Below the pieces are notes generated by a model that made no database searches, was not told the DNA's origin, and saw only the letters and a program-made list of their open reading frames with translations. Positions 1-8,800 of a stretch of 64,000 nt of DNA are shown piece by piece. Both the position numbers and the translations under genes were made by a program. Source of the stretch: Podarcis bocagei (taxonomy: Eukaryota); NCBI GenBank assembly GCA_964188305.1, contig OZ076904.1. One strand, written 5' to 3'. How positions within the stretch are numbered: position 1 is the stretch's first letter; the number at the start of each line of letters is the position of its first letter.

Positions 1-52
1 AAGGGAACAGGGTTTTACCTTCAAGAACCTGGACATTGAAGCTATAACTGAT
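1..52 (-). CDS. V2R-A exon 3 (truncated by window edge)
   Basis: Acceptor ttcctag, then [17 protein letters not shown]. Confidence 0.88.
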   Translation of the reverse strand, partial: MSYSFNVQVLEGKTLFP

Positions 53-3000
53 CTAGGAAGGAAAGCAAAAAAACAGCAATTATATTTTATTTCAGAATAA
101 CAGATATTTAATTATCTGAAATGTCTGATATCTATCTAAATTTCTGCTGGCTGAGGCTGATGGGAGTTTTAGTCGGAAACATCTGGAGGTGTCAAGTTGG
201 TGAAAGCTCAGTTTTGAAAAGGGGATGTTGGATCCATAGCTCAGGATTTCCCCATTTTTAAAAATATCCACGTGTCAGGGGCTCAGGAGCAGAGGCGCAG
301 GGGAGAGAGGAAATGGAGAGCGAAGGGGAAGAATCTGAGGGCAGCGGAGGGCAGAATGACAGTGACCCGAGAGATTCCATAAGCCTCTCCAGTGAATCAG
401 AAGATTCCCAGAAGGGGGCGCCGATGGCCAGGGCAAGGGGGGTCCCAGGGGGGACACACCAGAAGCAGGGGGCCAGCGGAGACTCCCAAAGCAGTAGCTG
501 GAAATCAGGACCAGCTTCCCCACCGGAGCGTAGTGGGGTGGAAGAGCCCCATAGGTCAGAGTCAACCCCAGCTGGCATCCCTGAAGAGGGAAGCAGCGAC
601 AGGAGCAGTATAACGGTCAGAAGGAAGGTGGCAGGCTGGGTGCGCGCGCCAAGTTCAAATGTACAGGCGCGCGGGACAGCAGAAAGCACGGATTGGGAAC
701 CAGGTCCTAAAGCTCGCCGGAGGGAGGGGGAAGACTCAGGGGATTCAGCCTCAGAAGAGTCTAGGAGGGGCAAGACCTCGGCAGACAAGCGGACCCAGAG
801 GAAGAGGGAGCAGAGGAAGAGGTGGAGCAAGGCTAGGGTCTTAAACTGGTGTCTGGGGGGAGGAGACTCAGACGGAGCTTCGGCGGTCTAGGGTTTAAGA
901 CGTAGAGCTGCGCGCCGTGGCTGTAAATGAGAAACTGAACTTCAATAAAGGCTATTTAATATAACAACGGACTGGCGTTGGTCCTCTGTGAGCTGGGACC
1001 TGGGGCAGCTCTGACACCATGTTTGACCTATCCAAATTGAAAGTAGTATTTTACGCAGTTGAAATCCTCTGTGCTTCCATGCTCTCCCACTACTTACCTG
1101 TGGGATTTTGTAGATGCCTGACAAGGCTGAAATCTCTTTTGAGATGACAGTATTGCCTCTTTCAAGAACAGCCAGCAGGTGATTCTGTTCTCCACAGTGA
1201 TAATTGGGAATATTGCATCCACTGCCTGCAAGCAGCTCTAGCATGGCGTCCGAAGTCATCCTTGCATCGAAATAGTTCTCATAGATGTTGTAGCCCAGAG
1301 TAATGTTGGGTAAGATCCTGAGATCCTGGTTGATCTCTTGGATGGTGAACAGGAAAGACAACATGTGCCAGTAGAACCTAGTTGCCTCCCTGCAATAAAT
1401 GAATCCTTTAAAAAGAGTGAAACTGATATTCATATGATTGGGAGGGAGGGAATATTATATGATTCACAAAGATTAGTATTTATTTATCCTTTTACATTAA
1501 TATCAAACCTTTTCCTGTCTAGCATAGAACAAAAATTTGGAGATCTCTGCTCCATGACTGGAGCTTTGATGCAAACAGCACACAGAGCTGTTCAGCAGTG
1601 GAACAGACTCCCTCTGAAGGTGACCATGTGTCATGGATGCTTCAGGTGAGATTCCTCCAGGTTCCTTCCATCTCGACAACTCTATGATTCTTTTCTACTG
1701 TGATTCTATGAGTAAGAAATGAAGGCACCTCTCAAAATGTGTGTTATAGTGGGAAGTGGGTCCAGAGCGGCTTTTGCTGCAGTGGTCTTTGGTTTCTTCC
1801 AAGGGTCTAGAGTATAGTTAGATAAGAGACAATTTTATTGAAGGAGGAAAAGCACCAAATACCTCAGTTCCCTTTTAGATACAAATGAGGCCTGATGGCT
1901 TTCAGGTTTGAGTGTGTGGTAAAATTATAATTTTGCCCATGTTTGGATCAGTGACTTCACCAGAGAGGACACCCCCTGGTTATTTTATATAACCATTTTA
2001 TTTGAAGCATATCGTTCCTGCTTTCACCCATAAAAATCCACCCATTTTCAAGAGTTTCTTAAAACGCTTTTAATTTTTTTAAAACAGTGAAAGAAAGGAA
2101 AAAGTGCTGAGATTGGAGGAGGAAACCTTTAATGTAGCCCATGGTGGGCTGTAGGTCTCCTGTGGTATTGTGTCAAGAGAACTGTGCTAAGGTTATTCAC
2201 AAATGATCCAAATAGAATAAACATAGAATAATTTTGGCATCTTGGAAATTGCTAGAGTTTCATGCCTCCCTCTGGGATAGGAAACAGGTAGCTATGGATT
2301 CCAAGTGAAGAAATCTCAAACATCTCACTACTTAGAAATGAGGCCAGTTGTCTATGTGAAAAAAGGAATAATTCGTTTTCACATTATAGAGACCTGACTC
2401 CGCGAACAAGGAAGTATGCTAATTCATTTTTTTCCTTCATCATTTCAATTAAAGCACATCTTTCCTGCTCTTCAGCCACCAAAAGTCACCTAGAGGATCT
2501 TAAAAGTCCATTTGTAAAACTGTAACATTCCTTAACGACAGTTTCTGAATTGTCCAAATGGAATAATATTGAATGAAACCTTTGAGCCTTGGAAATTGCC
2601 TGAGTTTCATGGCATCCTGCAGGTGGGGAAATTCAGTGCATCCTTTTGAACCCTGACCAGATTCACTAACATTCTTGCATTCTTCTAAAAGCAACACAGA
2701 ATCAAAGGTAGGAAAGTGTTTTCCTAAGGAAGACCCAGAGGACATGGAAATAGGAGAGGGTTGGGTGGAATCTTTTACTAGACCCCCCCCAGCTCCCATC
2801 ACCCCCAGCCAGCAAGACCAATGGTCAGGTCCTGCAACATCAGCCCTTGGCTCCCCAGCCCTGAGAAAGGGGCTCTTTCCTTGATAAATAGGAACCACTA
2901 GAAGGACTGGAAGACCATGAAACTGTGAAGTACATACACTTCATTCCTGGCGAAGGGTGTCTGAGAAAAGATGTATGGAGTTTGCGAATAAAAGTGTTTT

Positions 3001-3149
3001 GGAGAGATGATCCCGCTGATGAGAAAGTGTCCAGGCCGGTAGAAATTGAAAGCATCTGATTGATCCCTGACCAGATTCAAGGGGCATTTCGCCTTGTGGT
3101 TCCCGCAGACTCCAAAGGGCATCATGAGCAGCAGAAGCAGGGATCTCAT
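1..3149 (-). CDS. V2R-A: vomeronasal type-2 receptor, 5' part (exon 1 2938-3149, exon 2 1098-1389, start of exon 3 <1-52); continues beyond window start
   Basis: Signal peptide [16 protein letters not shown]; exon-2 V2R motif [21 protein letters not shown]...IPNYHCG...YKIPQ; GT-AG sites and phases match paralogs B-E. Confidence 0.9.
273..1016 (+). mobile_element. Solo LTR (744 bp, Gypsy-type hallmarks) in V2R-A intron 2
   Basis: TGTCAG...CTGACA termini; 5-bp TSD CCACG/CCATG (268-272, 1017-1021); AATAAA at 944-949; intron 2 is 1045 nt here versus about 292 nt in paralogs. Confidence 0.88.
1098..1389 (-). CDS. V2R-A exon 2 (292 nt)
   Basis: tgcag acceptor, CAG/gtaagt donor, V2R Venus-flytrap motifs. 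Confidence 0.92.
2938..3149 (-). CDS. V2R-A exon 1 (212 nt; signal peptide 5 Leu shorter than in paralogs)
   Basis: ATG at 3149; phase-2 gtatgt donor as in paralogs. Confidence 0.85.
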
Positions 3150-3660
3150 TCTGGCTCTGCCTCCTCCTCCTCTTACCTGCCAAGGAGGCATAGCAGAAGA
3201 ACCCAAAGACTCCTGCAAGGCCAGACTGCCTGGGCTTTCCCAATCTGGGTGGTTTTCAACTCTACCTTCGGAGCTAGGAAGCCCAAGGCAGGCACACCCC
3301 TCTTTCGCCAGCTCTGCATCTTCACTCAGTCTGTCTCCAACACAGGAAATATTCTCGGCACCAACTTTTTCTTTCCCAGACACAGCACAATTAATATTGC
3401 CATGCTGTTGTTGCTTTCCAAGGCTTGTGCTACCCCCAGAAACATCTCCTGAGCTTTCAGAAGATGAGATGACTATAATTTTGATTATTCCAAGTGGAAT
3501 AAGTTTCATCACACTAACTTTCTGGAGTCTAGAATGGCTCAAGCGGCAGGTGCAGAGCTGGAGAAAAACATTTTGGACAGAAGTCAAGGGGAGTGTTTGG
3601 AAGTTGGAAGTTTGGCCTGAACTTTGCTCCCCGGGACCAAAGAAGGAGCTGGATCCAACC
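3150..3660 (-). promoter_or_regulatory. Conserved ~500-bp V2R upstream/5'UTR block (copies at 23364-23860, 35251-35760, 47707-48220 and inverted 56065-56566)
   Basis: Strong similarity directly upstream of all five ATGs; regulatory function inferred. Confidence 0.55.
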
Positions 3661-3712
3661 ATGGACTCTCCTTCCTTGGAGGTTTTTAAGCAGATGGTTG
3701 GATGGCCATCTG
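3661..3712 (+). mobile_element. CR1 LINE 3'-end fragment (longer copies at about 23860-23997, 35760-35900, 55835-55917)
   Basis: gactctccttccttggaggtttttaagcag...ggatggccatctg, typical CR1 3' region. Confidence 0.7.
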
Positions 3713-3715
3713 ATT

Positions 3716-3970
3716 CAGAGACAGGACCCCTGCGGTGATGGTGGGGAGAGAGGAGAAAGAGAGCAGCCCAAAATGAGACAGGAACCCACATTGAGTCGCT
3801 AGCCAGGGAAGCCCTACAGCCCTGGCACCATGGGGGGCTGGTCCATCAGGACAAGTGGGGCAGCAAGCATAGCCTGCCCTTAGCAGCCTGTCTGCCCCCT
3901 TGCTCACAACAGGTCCAGAAGGTGGCCTGACCGGCCGGCCAACTTCCTCCTCCTCCTCCTCCCCAGCCTA
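3716..3970 (-). repeat. Remnant copy of the orphan-gene intron repeated at about 7545-7830, 8260-8545 and 10808-10990
   Basis: Shared cagagacaggacccc...gagtcgctagccagggaagccctacagccctgg...cagcaagca. Confidence 0.8.
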
Positions 3971-3984
3971 TAGGACACAGGACC

Positions 3985-5175
3985 CTTGTTTGTGAGAAGA
4001 AGGGGCAGCACAGCATGCTGGGAAGAAGGATGTGAGGGAAATGAAATGAAACCTAATAGAGGTGAAATTATCCATAAAGCTAATAAGTGAAAACGAACAA
4101 AAGACACCTTGGGATTTATTTATTTGGTTATACACTGGAAGAAACGGTTAAATTTCAAATTTAACCCGGGGAGGCTGGCAGGGGCAGGGCCCCCAGGTGA
4201 GCCCGGGAGAGAGGGGGGCCCCTTGGGGGATCTGCACTCTGCACGCCCTCAGAGGCCGGAGAGGCTGGCAGGGGCAGGGCCCCCAGGTGGGCCCGGGAGA
4301 GAGGGGGGCCCTGGGGGGATTTGCACTCTGCACGCCCTCAGAGGCCGGAGAGGCTGGCAGGGGCAGGGCCCCCAGGTGAGCCCGGGAGAGAGGGGGGCCC
4401 CTGGGGGATCTGCACTCTGCACGCCCTCAGAGGCCAGAGAGGCTGGCAGGGGCAGGGCCCCCAGGAGGGACCGGGAGAGAGAGGGGCCACTGGGGGAACT
4501 GCACTCTGCACGCCCTCAGAGGCCGGAGAGGCTGGCAGGGGCAGGGCCCCCAGGTGGGCCCGGGAGAGAGGGGGGCCCCTGGGGGATCTGCACTCTGCAC
4601 GCCCTCAGAGGCCGGAGAGGCTGGCAGGGGCAGGGCCCCCAGGTGGGCCCGGGAGAGAGGGGGGCCCTGGGGGGATTTGCACTCTGCACGCCCTAAGAGG
4701 CCTCGTAGTCTAAGCTCAGGGGGCTCTCTGAGCCAGCATCTCTCTGGGGGGTGAGGGGTTTCTTCCCATTTGTCGACATGCTTCTTAAATAGTGGTGCCC
4801 GGAATTGGACACATTATTCCAGCTGCCGCCTGACCAAGGCAGAATAGAGCTCAGTCTTGTAAGCCACTGGTATTAGTCGCAATAAAAGTAATAATAATCA
4901 CAACAAGATAGTAATATTAGACTTAGTTAGCAAATATTTATGCTGCTTAACTGTGTGCATTGCAATCCCTTATTCATTGTTGTGCATAGTAATTTTAAGT
5001 GCATTCTTAATATTACAATCAAGGTGCAGTACTTTTAAAATGCATATTTTCTTTAAATATAAACACAGAAATAAATGAAGCTCCAAATTCATCGGATGAT
5101 GACCTGTGCCACAAAGAGGGAACCAGGCAGAGGGCCTTTTCAGTGGTGGCGCCCGCCCTGTGGAACGACCTCCCA
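3985..5175 (+). repeat. Local segmental duplicate of about 12855-14300
   Basis: Colinear flanks, minisatellite, CR1 fragment and AT-rich tract in both copies. Confidence 0.85.
4168..4702. repeat. GC-rich minisatellite, 6 x 89 bp
   Basis: cactctgcacgccct recurs at 4235, 4324, 4413, 4502, 4591, 4680. Confidence 0.95.
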
Positions 5176-5265
5176 GCAGATGTCAAGGAAAGAAACAACT
5201 ACCTGACTTTTAGAAGACATCTGACGGTAGCCCTCTTTAGGGAAGTTTTTAATGTTTGATGTATT
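5118..5265 (+). mobile_element. L2-clade LINE 3' fragment (related pieces at about 7135-7370 + and 6655-6760 -)
   Basis: Encodes RAFSVVAPALWNDLP-type ORF2 C-terminal motif. Confidence 0.7.
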
Positions 5266-5274
5266 TATCGTGGG

Positions 5275-5495
5275 AAAGAATATTCCACCTAAAGATTAGG
5301 AAGAACTTCCTGACAGTAAGAGCTGTTTGACAGTGGAATTTGCTGCCAAGGAGTGTGGTGGAGTCTCCTCCTTTGGAGGTCTTGAAGCAGAGGCTTGACA
5401 ACCATATGTCAGGAGTGCTCTGATGGTGTTTCCTGCTTGGCAGGGGGTTGGACTCGATGGCCCTTGTGGTCTCTTCCAACTCTATGATTCTATGG
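5275..5495 (+). mobile_element. CR1 LINE 3' end
   Basis: attaggaagaacttcctgacagtaagagctgtt...ccaactctatgattctatg terminal repeat. Confidence 0.8.
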
Positions 5496-5845
5496 ACTCT
5501 CCTTCCTTGGAGGTTTTGAAGCAGAGTTTGGATGTCCATCTGTTGGGATGCTTTAGCTGAGATTCTACGCCATATTGCCCCTTCCTTTCAAGCCACCTTC
5601 CAGGATCGTTCCCCTCTCAGTCCTGCCTTCTCTTTCTCCTCCAACACCGCAGACGCTGTCGTTCTCTCACACTTCTCCTTCGCCGTCCACCCTTTGCCCG
5701 CTGTCTTCTCAAAAGGTGTCGCGCTCTAGGACTGGGGCTGGCCGTGTGGGACGCTGGTGTAGGGCCACGAGAGTTTGGGTTTCTCGCCCGGCTTGCCTCC
5801 GCGTTCTGATAATTTATTCCTCCTCTCCAGTTTGTACCACAAGGA

Positions 5846-8800
5846 TTAAGACCTGTGGAAGGACAACAAAAAGGAAATGTCCCTTAGGACTCTGGCGCCT
5901 CCAGGTGCTACTTCCCCTGCCACCACTGACGGAGGAAGGTGGATGCAGGGGGGGGGGGTATTGCCCCAAGTGTCATCCCTGGGGTGTGTGTGACAAAATC
6001 TCCCCGGGTGAATCAGTGCGAGCCTCCCAACTCCTCCTCACCTTGGTTCGGGGTGGACACAGCTGCGATGCTGCCACATCCAGCGCCTGAGCCGCGCGCA
6101 GAGTGGCTTCCTTTCTGCCTGCGCCCCGCTGCTGGTGCTTGTACTGGGTTGCCCCGGTGGCACTGGTGGTGCTGGTGACGGCGCTCTTCTGAAGACCTTG
6201 TGGACCCAGGAGATGATGGAAGCCAGGCAAGTGGGGGTCTTCGGGGGCCTTTTTTCCTCGCAGTCCTGTGAGAAACGTAAACAATTCACCTCCAGATTCT
6301 GGGAAAATGCCACAATCATTAATCAATCAAACAATCAAACGATTGATTAAACCCGTATGCCATCCTTCATCTGAAGCTCTCAGGGCGGCTTACAGCATAA
6401 AAATACAAAATAAAAACACAGCATATGTATTAAAAACAAAAACGAACTCATAAGCCAACCTCCCAATCCACAAGCATGTTGAAAAGGCCACGCGTTGTTC
6501 CATTAGCCAAAGGCTGGTTCTGGAGCAGAACTTTCCACGTTGGTGACACACTTTGGAGACATGCCTCATTTCGCAACACAGGGATTCAGTTCAACTAGCC
6601 CCTTTCCAGCCCTGGGAGGAGCACACAGGTTGGGAAGCTCTGTTCTAGAGAAACGTCTTTGCTTGGCATCCAAAGATACATAATGAAGGTGCCAGATGAG
6701 CCTCCCTGGAGAGAGCATTCCGCAAGTGGGGAGCCACCACAGAAAAGGCCCCTTCTTGTGTTGCTGCCCTCCAGACCGTTTGTGAAGGAGCCACACGAAG
6801 AAGGGCCTGTGTGGTGGCAGGCTGTCATAACCCCTCCTTTTTTTGGGGGGGGCGAGGCGTTATACGAAAGGGTTGTAGTCAGGAGGGAACACTCCTCTCC
6901 CAAGTTCTCATGTGGTCAGCCTTGGAGAGATCTGAACGAGACACAAAACCAAGAACAAGAGGGTGGGGGGAAGGTATAGGAGGCAGGAAAACCCCAGAGA
7001 GAACTGGCTTTGCGAAGTGCCAACATGGTTTTATTATCGCCAAACCCACTTTGCAATTAATAACTTCATTTGGCAGGAGCCACCTGGAAACTCATTCTAA
7101 AGAGATATCTTACAAAACAAATACCAAACCAAAAGGAACCCAGGAGAATTATCTCCACCCCCATCGTTCTGCCCGGACACTGAGATGCAGCGCCAGGGCC
7201 TTCTGGCAGTTCCCCCACTGCAATAAGCGAAGTTACAGGGAACCAGGCAGAGGGCCTTCTCGGTGGTGGCACCTCCTGTGGAATGCCCTCCCAGCAGATG
7301 TCAAAGAAATGAACAACTCTCTGACTTTTAGAAGACATCTGAAGGCAGCCCTGTTCAGGGAAGCTTTTCATATGTCATGAATGAGTGTATGTTTTGTCTG
7401 ACCTCAAGTACGCTTGCCTCCAGGTGTTCTCCGGGTGGGGGGCACGGCAAATCAAGGGCCTCCTTGTCCTCCCCGTCCTCCTCTGGGGGGCTGCCTGGTT
7501 GTTCTTGTGGCTCTTCCTCCTTGCTAGCCACTTCAGAGGCTGACTGCTGGCAGAGACAGGACCCCAGAGTTGACGGTGGGGAGAAAGGAGAAAGAGAGCA
7601 GCACAAAATGAGACAGGCAGGAACCCAGAAGGGAAACTCTCTTGCCTACATTGAGTCACTAGCCAGGGAAGCCCTACAGCCCTGGCGCCATGGGGGGCTG
7701 GTCCATCAGGAGGAGTGGGGCAGCAAGCATGGTCTGCCCTTAGCAGCCCCCTGCCTGTCTGCCCCCTTGCTCACCACCGTCCAGAAGGTGGCCTGGCCGG
7801 CCAGCTTCCTCCTCCTCCTCCTCCTCCTCCTCAGCCTCAGGGTAGCCCTTGTGCAGCTCAGCAGGGCTTCCCTCCTGCTCTGTCTGCTACGTACCTCATT
7901 GACGGAATCCCAGAAGGAATCGAGGGAAGACAGGGAGGACACAGAGGACAGAGAGGAAAGGTTGCTGAGGGAGCTGGTTGGGGAAAGTTTCGGAACGTGC
8001 AAGGAAAAGATGAAAAAGACGAGCAATTAAAAAAAGCAACCAAACATTAAAACTCAAGGTACCCATAACTGAAGCAACAGTTTCATTCTGCGGTTGATAT
8101 GCCCCCCTCCACTTCTGCCAATCACCGCTTAGGCCATGGCCACCTACCCAGTCGGGACTGAGGAGATCCAGACACGGTCTCGGGGTCTCCTCCTTGCCTT
8201 TGCCTTCGTCCTCCTTGTTAGCTACTTTTTCAGAGAATTCTTCATATTCGGAGGCGGACTGCTGGCAGAGACAGGACCCCAGAGGTGGTGGCAGGGAGAA
8301 AGGAGAAAGAGAGCAGCCCAAAATGAGACGGGCAGGAACCCAGAAGCCAAACTCTACTGCCCCCATTGAGTCGCTAGCCAGGGAAGCCCTACAGCCCTGG
8401 CGCCATGGGGGGCTGGTCCATCAGGAGGAGTGGGGCAGCAAGCATGGTCTGCCCTTAGCAGCCCCCTGCCTGTTTGCCCCCTTGCTCACCACCGTCCAGA
8501 AGGTGGCCTGGCCGGCCAGCTTCCTCCTCCTCCTCCTCCCCAGCCTCAGGGTTGCCCTTGTGCAGCTCAGCAGGGCTTCCCTCCTCCTCTGTCTGCTACG
8601 TACCTCATTGACGGAATCCCAGAAGGAATCGAGGGAAGACAGGGAGGACACAGAGGACAGGGGGGAAAGGCTGCTGGGGGAGCTGGTTGGGGAAAGTTTC
8701 GGAACCTGCAAGGAAAAGATGCAAAAGACGAGCAATTAAAAAACCAAACCAAACATTAAAACTCAAGGCACCCATAACTGAAACAACAGTTTCTTTCTTT

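Noticed and set aside
2898-3791. Long ORFs extending upstream of V2R exon 1 (297 aa here; similar at 34849-35487, 47440-47940, 56333-56833)
   Set aside because: The upstream frame is not preserved consistently among paralogs; the signal peptide starts at MRSLLL, so the extension is 5'UTR/promoter.
4168-4702. CRISPR-like repeat array
   Set aside because: Head-to-tail repeats without unique spacers in a eukaryotic context; no cas genes.
4109-4754. Collagen-like Gly/Pro-rich ORFs (GAGPPGEPGREGG)
   Set aside because: By-product of an 89-bp GC-rich minisatellite that shifts frame each unit; no sustained Gly-X-Y.
7377-8739. Plus-strand 217-aa and 181-aa ORFs with poly-Leu (TM-like) stretches
   Set aside because: Antisense to the orphan exons; poly-Leu comes from a (CCT)n intronic microsatellite; splice signals favour the minus strand.
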